DNA of 63,624 nt, counting the filler, from Octopus bimaculoides (Eukaryota), in assembly GCF_001194135.2 (NCBI RefSeq). It is 8 parts of 8 records of this genome, joined end to end, with 100 filler letters (N's around TTAATTAATTAA, not from the genome) between each part and the next. Parts side by side here need not be neighbours in the genome. Positions count along the whole stretch, not along the records: positions 38,577 to 41,750 come from NC_069004.1; positions 41,851 to 57,222 come from NC_068985.1; 6 more parts are not named here. One strand, written 5' to 3'. Of this stretch, positions 40,215 through 51,706 are shown one piece after another. The position numbers and the translations under genes were made by a program. Each line of letters starts with the position of its first letter. Position 1 is the stretch's first letter. The notes under the pieces are model-generated. The model ran no database searches, was not told where the DNA came from, and was given only the letters and a program-made list of their open reading frames with translations.

Positions 40215-40415
40215 GTTACACAAGCGGTGTCCTTCGTTGCCGATTTTCCATGGAAACATACCCGGACATGGGGAAAATATGGCCTTACATGGCAACAGGT
40301 TGGAGCTGGCGAAAGGGAGCATATCCAGACATGGCAAATTTGCCGCAATGAATTCCGTCCGACCCTCGCCAGCGTGGAAAAGTAGACGTCAAAATGTTGT
40401 TGATGATGATGATGA
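40215..40415 (+). mobile_element. SINE 3' portion with RTE-like tail ending in (GAT)n
   Basis: ...ccgtccgaccctcgccagcgtggaaaagtagacgtcaaaatg..(gat)n resembles the RTE-type end at 56117-56232 (ccaacccatgctagcatggaaagcggacgttaaacg). Confidence 0.55.
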
Positions 40416-40862
40416 TAATGTTGATATGTATGAATACATACGTATGTATGTATGTGTATGTATGTATGTATGTGTCTATGTATGTACGTATGTATGTACG
40501 CATGTATGTACCTATGAATGATTGTATATGTGTGTGTGTCTATGTATGTATGTATTATGTATATATGTATGTGTGTGTGTATGTATGTGTGTATGTATAT
40601 TTGTACGTATGTATGTATATGTATGTGCGCATGTACGTATGTATGTATGTGCGTATGTATGCAAGTGCGTATGTATGTACGTAGGTATCTATGTATGTAT
40701 GATTGTATGTATATGTGTGTGTATGATTGTATAAGACAGATGTTTAGGTTAGTGGCTAGCAAAATAAAAAAGATGATAGATGGATAGATAGAGGGATAGA
40801 TAGAGGGATAGATAGGCAGGCAGGCCGACAGAAAGATAGATAGGGAGAGAGAAAGGACAAAA

Positions 40863-40935
<73 letters not shown>

Positions 40936-41312
40936 TAGAGAGAGAGATAGAGAGAGTGGGGGAGCATGATTGCGTGTGATACCGTTTCCTTTAATGATAA
41001 TGGGATAGCAAACAGCGATTAGAATGTTTGCTGTAAAAGGATAGATTTTCAAACGTACCGAGATTCTCGACATTCAATTGTCTGATTATGATGATGGTGA
41101 TGGAGGCGGCGGTGGTGGTAGTGTTGGTGTTGGATGTGGTGGTGGATGGGGTGGAAACGGTGGTGTTAGTGGTGGTGCGCATACCTTTACTAATGTCTCT
41201 CACACTCATTGTACACACACACACACACACACACCACGCAGATATATTTGTGTTTATGTAAGTGCTATATATGTGCATATATATGTGTATGTATGTATGT
41301 ATGTATGTGTAT

Positions 41313-41343
<31 letters not shown>

Positions 41344-41386
41344 CAAGTGTATATATATATATATATATATATATATNNNNNNNNNN

Positions 41387-41437
<51 letters not shown>

Positions 41438-41561
41438 TATATAAATATATTCAAGTATAAAAATATATATACAGATATTGATATAAATGCATATACAAAT
41501 CAATTTGTGTATGTATGCATACACATATATGTCTATATATCAGTATATGTATGCATGTGTG

Positions 41562-41603
<42 letters not shown>

Positions 41604-41850
41604 TATATTATTAATACATTGCGGAACTTTCAATATATTTGATAATACCAGTTGATATTCGGATTTTTATAAAAATATCCCTTACGAGGAAATTACATTT
41701 TCAATATTTGAAATATATATATATTGAGAGAGAGAGAGAGAGAGAGAGAGNNNNNNNNNNNNNNNNNNNNNNNNNNNNNNNNNNNNNNNNNNNNTTAATT
41801 AATTAANNNNNNNNNNNNNNNNNNNNNNNNNNNNNNNNNNNNNNNNNNNN

Positions 41851-41881
<31 letters not shown>

Positions 41882-41885
<4 letters not shown>

Positions 41886-42165
41886 CCTGCCACAAAAATT
41901 AAGAAGTCTGCATAAGCTGGACGTAGATGTCTTCAAAAAGGAACTAGACAACCTCCTCTTCACCATACCGGATGAACCCGACACGAGGTACAGATGAGGG
42001 CAACGGAATCAAACTTCCTTATACACCAAATTGGCCAAGAGCTGGGACAAAGGCACATACAGGAGTGGTGATGTGAAATACCCCAGACTGAGGAAATCAG
42101 AAATACTACGGTGGTGCTCCAGCTTGACCGCAACCGCATGGCTGAAACGAGTAAAAGAGTAATAC
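41882..42165 (+). mobile_element. CR1-like LINE 3' end
   Basis: DLPQKLRSLHKLDVDVFKKELDNLLFTIPDEPD / QMRATESNFLIHQ, then a 3' UTR ending ggtggtgctccagcttgaccgc..ggctgaaacgagtaaaagag. Confidence 0.6.
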
Positions 42166-42799
42166 ATACATGTCTATACATGATGGGTGTGTGCGTGCGT
42201 GTTTGGTTATGTACGTGTGTGTGTGTGTGCGTGCGTATGTGTGTGTGCTTGTGTACGTTTATATATATGTACATATGTATATACATACACATATACGTAT
42301 ATAGACAATTTACATTATTATTTACTTACATCCCTGAGATGATACTGAAGTCTCAGACAAATCTGCCCTTTTAATCCAGTAGTGACGTCCTATAGACGTC
42401 ATAAAACATATACTATTAAAGCAAATCAGGATAATCAGCAGAAGAATCAACAAACTTATAACTACAACGTACTCCACGTTATCTACAATACAAGATAAGC
42501 AAATATAAATTTCATTAAAATATTATGCATGCATTTCAATATCATTATACATTTCACACGATGCAAGCCAAGGTTGGGAACGCTTTAGGAAATCTACCTC
42601 ATACAAAACAGTATTCCTATCGCTCTCGAATCACAAGCTACTGTACTGAACAACGGAAGACTCAATGGATAATGTACTCCTGTTCATATTCCATTGATTG
42701 TAGGTTTGCTCCGATTAGAACTGATATGAGAGGGGAGGTAAGCATGATAATAATAATTATTAGTTTCAATATATTAACATCGAACCATCATTATCATTA

Positions 42800-43860
42800 G
42801 CAGCAATATCCTCACACTCAGTTATAAGCCCAGCAGTATTCCCATCAGAAACATTTCTATCACAGCAAACAACTTCTTTTCTCGACTCTACCTACCACAT
42901 TCGGAAACATTTCTAACAAAGAAATGTAACCCCAAACCCATCTGTACATACCAGAATAGACACTACAATAGCTCCTATTTAATAAGTGTTGGGTTGGTGC
43001 TTACGCGGAATCCATCGTCCCCAAAATTCATCCTTCTAATTATGTATTCAATAAAGTTTTTCGATTCCTGTAGGCCACACTATACGTGTCTTGCTCTTTT
43101 TTCTCACATCTCTGCAGGTGTATATATGTAGTGCACTTTAAACTCCTCAAATGAGCGAAAAAATACGACCTGATGTCCTGCAACCACAACTTATGCTAAG
43201 TAGTAGTCACGAAAGCAAAATATACCTTCATGTACTGTTCTTTCACGACACAAATTTCAGTTTTTTTCTTTGATCCATCCCAAAGAGGATCTTGGAACCT
43301 CCTACAGAATACTCATATCGGCTTCTTCTCAACCAAAATAACTCTGTAATAGCTTGTTAATAATGTTATCAGGGTGGCTCCTCAATTTTCAGTCCGTGTA
43401 AATAAAACGAAACATCTTTCGACGTCACTGTTTTGTCTCAAGTCTATGCACTTCACTAAACTGGTTGCACATACAGTTCCAAAGTACAAAATCTTGCAAA
43501 CGATGACCTGCCTGATCCAGTAAAATAATTGAATTCATTTCGAGTATCTAAAAAGCAAGATGCAGTCGTTCATGATATCCTTTATGACATCCTCAAATCT
43601 ACTCCTTTTAGTGACAGCCCACAGGTTAAACGAAATGTCCTGGAGATTGTATAACCAACATCCAACACATGGATATACACAGAAGGAAACTTAGAAGCAT
43701 GGAAAGATCTAAAAAATTCTGGGGTCGAAGGCCTGGTTCAAATACATGCAACCGAGCTCAAAGGCCAGATAATGGTGTTAAATCGAGTAGTGTCGTACAC
43801 CCGCCTGAACCTCTCAAATATGCGATCCTTCTGCGATTACCAGAAGGGACTGTAAATGGA
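42800..43860 (+). mobile_element. Heavily decayed LINE with RNase H-like region (I/Ingi-type?)
   Basis: Stop-poor plus frame ...PTSNTWIYTEGNLEAWKDLKNSG... resembles the WIYTDGS RNase H motif; the rest is not confidently alignable by eye. Confidence 0.35.
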
Positions 43861-44219
43861 TATGCAATTGGAAATATACAATACTTTGAATTCTATTATC
43901 AATTAAAAATACTTTCAAAATATATATTACTTACCACCCAGTGCACCCGTTGTAGCTACAAAAGACAGAAGGGAGTGATATTAACAATCCACTCTTCATA
44001 TAGTTTCATGAAATCGTAAGCAAAATTATTACAGTAACGTTTTTTTTTTTAAATAAGGAATATTTAACAAACAATCACAGTTGAAAATATATATGAGATA
44101 GATACAAATAAAAATATAAACAAAATGATGGGATTTAAGAAAATTTTGATAATCATTCAACGTGTTATTTAAGTTCATTTATCGAAAATATAAAGATACA
44201 AACACACGCACACGCGTGC

Positions 44220-45045
44220 CCTGTGTTTGAGTTGCGTAGGCCTAGTTCTCATCCAGAGACTGCTTGTACACAAATCCAGAGGCAGAGAAGGTGGGTTAAG
44301 GAGGTAAACCGAACGATAATTGAATGCTGGATTAAGAGGGAACTCAGAAGAAGGGGATTCCGCCAACGAATGAAAACAAAATGGAATGGGATAGGACTCT
44401 TCGAAACAAGTGAGCAACGGTTAGTCGACCAGGCAAGAGCAATAAGAGCAAAAGGGTGGTTAACAGACAAAGAAATAGGGGAGATAAAAAGGAAAGTAAA
44501 AGATAGAAATAATACTTCAACAGATACCGTTCCCAGTGAGAACAGAAAAATGAAAGGCGGCAGTGAAGACAGAGCAAATTGTAAATGTAAATACACTCTC
44601 AGCAAATGAACCTGAAGTAATAGGAAGTGTTCTATCACAAGAATACGATGATGACCAGCAAGAAATAGTGAGGATGCTGTGCCGATGTATTAGAGAAGAC
44701 CAGGATCAAGCACCCACCTCTGCAACCTGAGGTACATTGATCGATACAAGCTCAAAGTTGAAACCGAAAAGATAGATCCGGCTTTTGGGCTATTCCAGGC
44801 GAGAAATATAACTGAAACTAACAAGATTATTTGGGCTGCAGCTACGGTTGCTGCAGATAGAGTTGAATACAAAAGGAGAGAACAAACAGAACATAAAGAA
44901 CCATACTGGCGTAGACGAATTTGTGAGAAACAAAGTTAAAAAAACATTAAGGACAAGTTGATAGATTGAGAAGAGGCGAACTGCATAATGAAAACAGAAA
45001 AATAATGCTGGAAAGAACATGTAGAATAAGATGTAGAGATTGAAT
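44220..45045 (+). mobile_element. R4/Dong-like LINE, N-terminal ORF fragment
   Basis: [15 protein letters not shown]...[11 protein letters not shown]...[28 protein letters not shown], later EPYWRRRI and RGELHNENRKIMLER, typical of R4/Dong ORF N-termini. Confidence 0.75.
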
Positions 45046-45338
45046 GTTAAACATTTCTTTAGGTTTTCGTATATGCTTTCCTATTTGCCAATAATGAATC
45101 TATAATGAAAAATAGTCAAATGTATTGCTCTGCAAGGTGTTCATTTCGGCAGTTTTTTCACTTCCTTCGGATTTTGCCCTTCAGTGTATCTAGTTGCCTG
45201 AGTTTACAGTAACGTTTAAGATTATTATATAGGAATGTCAATGCCAGGGAAAATAGCATTATATGAAACATTATTATGTTATATGAGTGAAAGAGGGCGT
45301 ATTGGGAAATTATACATATTAAATGTGATCAGACTTAC

Positions 45339-45641
45339 GCTCAGGTGTTGCTACTTTAAATACTTTTCTTCTCTTTAAGTAACTGTCACAATAGATTTCC
45401 ATTTTAGATACCCGATGGGAAATCCTGAGGAGTAAAGTTGAACTCTCCGGGTTACATGTTATATTGATTGCATAAAATTTTAACTGATTGGTAGCATATG
45501 ATCCGGTACAGTTGGCTGTAAAGTTGTCTCCTTTCCACTCAAAAAGTGAGTCTCCCTTGTCTAAAGGGCACATGAACTTTGCTGTTCTATCTCCTTGAAT
45601 ATATATAGTACCAACCTCACTAGTAGTTAATTTTCTTGTGT
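45339..45641 (-). CDS. Exon 4 of Ig-like protein gene (domain 3), phase 1-1, 303 nt
   Basis: Acceptor tttcttttaattacag|ac, donor gagc|gtaagt. Reads (D)TRKLTTSEVGTIYIQGDRTAKFMCPLDKGDSLFEWKGDNFTANCTGSYATNQLKFYAINITCNPESSTLLLRISHRVSKMEIYCDSYLKRRKVFKVATPE; N-glyc sequons NFT, NCT, NIT. Confidence 0.8.
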
Positions 45642-45944
45642 CTGTAATTAAAAGAAATTCATGTAAAAGGAGGACAGGTTGTTCTGGAACTTGAAAGCAA
45701 ATGATGTCAATCACTCCATTTCCTGGTTTCTCTTTACTTTATGACACAGGTGATAGTAGATGTAGCTTATAATCTTCAAAGGTGTTCGAAATTTTAGGTG
45801 CAAATTAGGTCTAATTAATCTACATAATGAGCTAATAATCAGATGAAGGCATCAGACCAACCGAAATTTATTAAAATACAGTTTATCCAACACAACTTTC
45901 TATCTCTTTTCTATATAAATATTTACACACATTGTTGTTTTTCG

Positions 45945-46500
45945 GGATGGTCATGCACTACCCGAAATTCATCGGCGTGTTTTCCAACATGTCCATTGAA
46001 GTCCCCTGTCATGATGAGAATATCACCGTCTTTCATCGTCGAGTAATACTCAGAAGGGATTCGTAGAGGTGATCCTTCTGGGTATCTGCGAGGCCAGCGT
46101 GCAGAGCATATGCAGAGATAAATGACACAGTTACCTCAGACAAGGCTATTCTTAGCTTAATTATCCTATCACATACCCTGACTACCTTAATCATTTTATC
46201 CATCCATTTCTTTGCTAGTAGAATACCTACGCTACTTAGGCATTCATTGTTGCCAAGCCAGAAAACCTTGCATCTTCGCCCTTTGCCCATAAGCAGTCTA
46301 GTTGAGGCTCCCCTCCATCGTGTCTCTTAGACACAACATTCATTTACATTCTCCGCTCAAGCATCTCAGATATCTCTACAGACATACCTTTCATACTTCC
46401 AACATTGACTGTGACAGCTCTGAGCTTGTAGAACTGGGAAGAAACATTGGAGGAATGCTTTAAGCTTCTGGAAAGAAAAATATATTTGGAGCCGCATACC
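45945..46500 (-). mobile_element. RTE-clade LINE apurinic endonuclease fragment, in intron 3 of the Ig gene
   Basis: TVNVGSMKG..VEISEMLERR.V..CCV*ETRWRG...KVFWLGN...VGILLAKKW..RVCDRIIKLRI...ISAYA...GDFNGHVG. Confidence 0.85.
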
Positions 46501-46739
46501 TAGAGACCCTTGAGCTTAGAGAAATAATGTTACAATTTCAGTTTCAATTTCCCTTATACCCATGTTTGAATTTTTGTATGTATATATGTATGGATGTATA
46601 CATACATGCATGCATGCATGTATGTATGTATGTATGTATGTATGCATGCATGTATATAAAGGAAAGAGAGAGAGCAGTGAAAGGTAATGAGAGGGGAACA
46701 AAAGTACGGCTATCGGAAATAATTTCAATAAGTACATAC

Positions 46740-47054
46740 CTCTTGTTCGAATGCTATATTCACTTCCATGAAAACTAGTTATGCATATAATACTAAAGTT
46801 GCCATCTGCAAGAAGGATAGGAACAAACGATAAAACAGACATCTTTTTCGAGTAATCGCAACTAAAATGTGCACGGCCTGAAAAACGAGAGCTGTTGCCA
46901 CCAACTGCATGACAATCTTTATACTTCATTAAGAGTTCTCCATCTTCGTGAAACCAGACCACATGACGACTGGCACCAATTTTACAATTCAAAGTGAATT
47001 TTTTTTGCATTCTAGGTTTTGTTCCACCAGCTGGTTCTAGGTTACCTGAATCAT
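46740..47054 (-). CDS. Exon 3 of Ig-like protein gene (domain 2, V-set-like), phase 1-1, 315 nt
   Basis: Acceptor tgtatattcgcag|at, donor agag|gtatgt. Reads (N)DSGNLEPAGGTKPRMQKKFTLNCKIGASRHVVWFHEDGELLMKYKDCHAVGGNSSRFSGRAHFSCDYSKKMSVLSFVPILLADGNFSIICITSFHGSEYSIRTR; RFSGR and S.L...D motifs are V-set-like. Confidence 0.85.
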
Positions 47055-47204
47055 CTGCGAATATACAATGAATATACAATATGAATTCAAGCTCCTTAAT
47101 GTATCATTCTACAAAACATAAAAAATATAGAGTTCAACAGAAGACAAAACGATAAGGAGTTTATAAAGTCATATATGACAGAGAAATAATTTCATGTAAT
47201 TTCA

Positions 47205-47595
47205 TTGTTGCTGTTGGCACTCCGTCGGTTACGACGACGAGGGTTCCTGTTGATCCGATCAACGGAACAGCCCGCTCGTGAAATTAACGTGCAAGTGGCT
47301 GAGCACTCCACAGACACGTGTACCCTTAACGAATTTGTCGGGGAGATTCAGCGTGACACAGAGTGTGACAAGGCTGGCCCTTTGAAATACAGGTACAACA
47401 GAAACAGAAAGAAAGAGTGAGAGAAAGCTGTGGTGAAGGAGTACAGCAGGGTTTGCCACCACCCCCTGCCGGAGCCTCGTGGAACTTTGGGTGCTTTCGC
47501 TCAATAAACACTCACAACGCCCGGTCTGGGAAGCGAAACCGTGATCCTATGACGGCGAGTCCGCTGCCCTAACCACTGGGCCATTGCGCCTCCAC
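47205..47595 (-). mobile_element. Full-length tRNA-derived SINE (head type A, tail type Y; OR1/OR2-like), in intron 2
   Basis: Minus strand GGAGGCGCAATGGCCCAGTGGTTAGG...GGTTTCGCTTCCC...ttgagcgaaagcacc...aaagggccagcc...gtaaccgacggagtgc(caa)n. The family name is from memory. Confidence 0.85.
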
Positions 47596-48062
47596 ATACA
47601 TACATTAGCAACAATCTGCCAAATAGGTTTGCGTTCGAACGAAGAATGAAGGTGTGCTATTGTTTCTTTCCCTCAAATTGACCAATAAATTACATTTTCT
47701 ATTTTTAATTGCTATTACTTCATAAGTAGTTCATATTCTTGTTAGCTTACTGGATATGATGTGAACAGAGGAAACAATTGAAGCAGTAAATACGAATTAT
47801 GAAACTAAGCGAGGATTTTTAAGTGAATCCAGAATATTCAAATTTTAACAAACGTTTCGTTAATTTACAGAATATTCAACACTTCATTACATTTGATCTG
47901 TTTCAATGATGTCAATTAGCAGAGCAGTGTTTCGCTGACATTCTCAAGCAATAGCACATTGCTTCCCGGAAATTATGTTACCACTGATAACTTATAACCC
48001 TTTACGTTCAAATTACTCGTCACCTGTGACATTTCTTGTTTATAAATGAAGTGTGCACTTAC

Positions 48063-48362
48063 TGAAGAGTGGCATAAGTGTCAATCTGATATTAAGACAT
48101 GCATTAGTGTGACAAATGAAAGAAAGTGGTTTGATTTTGAGGAGTGTCACTTTCATTGAAGCAGTATTGCTTGTGCAGTTAATATCTTCGATCTTGTATC
48201 CATCGAGGTCGACTGGGTGGACCGATTCACAAGTAGCTATCGGACCTTTTTCAACCCATTGCTCCAAGAAATCGCCTTCATGAAAAGTGCACATGACATG
48301 TACATTGCCATTCACATGGGAAAAATAAGTCCTGCCCGGAGAAGTAAACAAATAGGACTTCT
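48063..48362 (-). CDS. Exon 2 of Ig-like protein gene (domain 1), phase 1-1, 300 nt
   Basis: Acceptor ctttttatttctttttcag|ag, donor ttca|gtaagt. Reads KSYLFTSPGRTYFSHVNGNVHVMCTFHEGDFLEQWVEKGPIATCESVHPVDLDGYKIEDINCTSNTASMKVTLLKIKPLSFICHTNACLNIRLTLMPLF. Confidence 0.8.
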
Positions 48363-49299
48363 CTGAAAAAGAAATAAAAAGAACATAACCAAACTAACCA
48401 TAACAGAAAGAAGGAGTATAGTTTACACAAACACAAAGGTAATATTTGCCAAGCTTTCCCTCTAGTCTTAGCATAAATAAAATGAATAGTCCTCAACTGA
48501 GATTCGAAACGAGATCGCCAATTTGCCAAATGTTTCTAGTTTATAATGAATCAATACCAATAAGTGATTGGAATGTATTCAATGGGTCTCGTGCAATGAA
48601 ATAATAAGACCAACTCCAGAATATAAAGTCAATCTATATATTAATACGCTGAGGCCGAAATGCGTTACGCTGTCGCGTGATTAGTTGAAGGGAAAGACAG
48701 AGAGCGATAGAGAGAGACAGAGAGAGAACGAGAAAGAGAGAGAGACAGAAAAAGAATGAAAGGGAAGAGTGATTAAGAAAAGAAGGAGAGAGAAAAAAGG
48801 AGAGAAAGAGAGAAGTGTCAACGACGTGAGGTAAGGGAAACGTAATGTTTATTACGTGGTTAAAAAGTTAGTTGAAGTGAGTGGCATAGAGAAAAAGAGT
48901 TAGAAATGCATTGTTTAGCAGAGGAATGATTTTCTTGAGGTGCGGTTAAAAAAAGACAAATAGAGAGAGAGAGAGAGAGATGAGGAGAGCCAGCCAATTA
49001 TTAAACTGTTATGTGTTTAGTGGAAGTGAGNNNNNNNNNNNNNNNNNNNNNNNNNNNNNNNNNNNNNNNNNNNNNNNNNNNNNNNNNNNNNNNNNNNNNN
49101 NNNNNNNNNNNNNNNNNNNNNNNNNNNNNNNNNNNNNNNNNNNNNNNNNNNNNNNNNNNNNNNNNNNNNNNNNNNNNNNNNNNNNNNNNNNNNNNNNNNN
49201 NNNNNNNNNNNNNNNNNNNNNNNNNNNNNNNNNNNNNNNNNNNNNNNNNNNNNNNNNNNNNNNNNNNNNNNNNNNNNNNNNNNNNNNNNNNNNNNNNNN

Positions 49300-49373
<74 letters not shown>

Positions 49374-49452
49374 CCATAAGAGCATCACAGCAAACCACAG
49401 CAGCACATACCTAAGGCACACAGAGCTGCGCTCGGTAGTGAAGTGAAAGCAC
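49374..49452 (+). mobile_element. Short repeat directly after (AAT)n, possibly an R4/Dong 3' UTR fragment
   Basis: ccataagagcatcacagcaaaccacagcagcacatacctaaggcacacagagctgcgctcggtagtgaagtgaaagcac. The assignment rests on recollection of octopus repeats, not on anything in this window. Confidence 0.35.
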
Positions 49453-50041
49453 ATGATTTCTCTTGATATAAAAGATGGGCTGCACCAGATATTCTGCTCA
49501 ATATCAGAGATTTGTTTGTAAGTTATTCGACCATAACCAGTTGAGCATATGTACATCTCTGATCGCGAGCAGTAGTGAAAGGGCATCATAGCCACATATT
49601 GAGAATAATTCTGTGGAGTTTGAATAATTCACCTCTAGAACTTCCCATATCCTACGTAAAATACTGTCTATGTAATCTCAAATTTTAAAACAAACATAAA
49701 TTTCTTATGGTTTCTTAAACATTCTCTTGAACAACACTATGTACAAAACCAAATATATGGCACCCTAGGCATAACATCAGTATGAACTTCTAACTTGTTG
49801 TCTCTTGAAGTCTCTGGGTGAGACTTGGATCCAACTTGTACAAATGCAAAGCAAGAGATTTCAAATTGGATCAAGCCTCAACCTCCTTGAGCTTTCAGTA
49901 GATAAAGATGATGTCTCTGCCTTTGGGTGGTGCGCCTTATTGCAAGCCAGCAGCTTACAGTGTTTTGAACTGTCTTCCTTCTTTCTTTTTTCTTTTCTTT
50001 GTCTTTCTGCTCTTCTGTGTCTTCCTTCGAACTGTCTTTTT

Positions 50042-50223
50042 TTTTTTTACTTTGTTTGGACTTCTGTTGTTTGTTTTTTGAATTGTTTCCTGAACTTTTT
50101 CTTCAAAGCATGGCAAAGAAATTGAACACTGCGTTGGAGTGGGAAATTATCCCACCGAAGCAAAGGCTAAATTTTTTAGCAATTCAAAAAACAAACAACA
50201 GAAGTCCAAACAAAGTAAAAAAA
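50042..50223. repeat. Perfect 44-bp inverted repeat (50042-50085 / 50180-50223) with a 94-bp spacer
   Basis: tttttttactttgtttggacttctgttgtttgttttttgaattg and its exact reverse complement. Confidence 0.95.
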
Positions 50224-50229
50224 CGGTGG

Positions 50230-50800
50230 TGTTGAGGACTTATTCTAAGTCACTCGACACCATCGCTGTCTTTCCTAAGACAGATATAGAAAAAGAGTTG
50301 AAAATCAATTAGCTGTTTTTTCCGGAAAGCTTTCAATCCGAGAACCATGGATAATTTTCAGAAATCCCTGGTTTGGCATGCCACTGAGAGGACGTAGTTG
50401 GTCCGAGATAACTTCTACAGGCATGTTTGTGCCGGCAGATTGGTTTGCTCGAGATGGGCTACGGAGATGTCTGTTCAGTGCACGAGCATTGTTGACTTGT
50501 GGAGTAATGTCAAACAGCTGCTGTTATGTGTAGGATGGAACCGGTTATCAACTGAATCTATCTTGAAGACTGTGCCGTCGCCTTCCTCTGGCAGAGAAGA
50601 ACAGTCAGTTTTACTTTATTTGGTGGCTATGACGAAATAGATAATGTGGTGATTACGGCTAAAAGTGCTGAAGACAAACACTTTCCCTTTCTGCCGAAAC
50701 CTTATGCACAAATCTCATTAAGTGCAGAACTAAGCGGAATGAAGTAACGAAGTCATACAAAAGAAGAGGCTTCTCAGTTGTCTCCAGTAAAGTAGGAAAG
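50230..50800 (+). mobile_element. Tx1/L1-clade LINE ORF2 C-terminal fragment, decayed
   Basis: MDNFQKSLVWH...LVRDNFYRH...SVQCTSIVDLWSNVKQLL...RLSTESILKTVPSPS...VLLYLVAMTK*IMW..RLKVL. Confidence 0.7.
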
Positions 50801-51211
50801 GGAAGTAACTCAAAAATTCAGATTGGAAAAATATGGAAATATTTGCTCCTCGACAACCCCATTTCAATGATCAATTTAATTAATCGACTAAATACATTGT
50901 GTCTATAAAAAGATATATTATGTTTTCATTGCCACATCTCTTTCATTTCTCGAGGTAACGCAATTTGCTCGATTTAAAACTTAATTTAATTTTAACGATG
51001 CGAAGGTATGTACCGTTTTTTTATTGAATTCACGCTCGTACATTAAAACAGTGTAAAAGACGACGTTACACTGTTGGAACTATTACATTATAGTTCGACC
51101 AAACTTGATCCTAAACAACAGATAAAAGTAAAGCAACGAAAACATGGCTATTATATTCAGATATAATGATATAAAATTCAAACGTACGGAAGAATAATGA
51201 TTGCTACTTAC

Positions 51212-51263
51212 TGATGAGACGGAATGTAATTATCAACAAGAGCAGCCGATTCATTGAGAGCAT
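51212..51263 (-). CDS. Putative exon 1 (signal peptide) of the Ig-like protein gene
   Basis: ATG at 51263 gives MLSMNRLLLLIITFRLI plus 1 nt, then a perfect donor A|GTAAGT. Phase 1 matches the exon 2 acceptor. It lies in non-repeat sequence; the cleavage site is not textbook. Confidence 0.5.
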
Positions 51264-51706
51264 CTGTGACACTGCTACACCCACAGCAGGGAAAACTACC
51301 AAAAAATTATACAGTTGTATTAGTTCTACTCAGAGGGAACTCGGCGAGCAAGATTTTGATTACATGGATTTTAAATGTTTCGACCCACATATACACAAGC
51401 ATTTGTTCGTGTATACATGTGAGTCTGGATACGTATTTCATGTAAATAAAATCGTAGATGAAAACAATCAAACATTAACACCTATTTAGTCCACCCTCCT
51501 AATGACCTTAAGCATGTGTATGCACGCATGTATGTATGTGATTATTCAGTTTTATTTCGAGATTTCTAGCCAATAGAGAAAGAGCCGGTTTCTAACCTAG
51601 ATCTAAAGCTCCTTTTTTGAAATTTCAACATCAACAGGGTATTTTTGTATGTATGCATGTATGTATGTATGTATGTATGTATGTATGTATGTATGTATGT
51701 ATGTAT

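Noticed and set aside
48278-48529. Hydrophobic minus-strand ORF just upstream of Ig exon 2 as a signal or TM segment
   Set aside because: It is in a different frame from exon 2, and its hydrophobicity comes from the polypyrimidine tract of the acceptor.
51214-51489. Plus-strand 91-aa ORF with three cysteines
   Set aside because: No recognisable domain or splice context; it is better explained as the antisense of the putative signal-peptide exon and 5' region.
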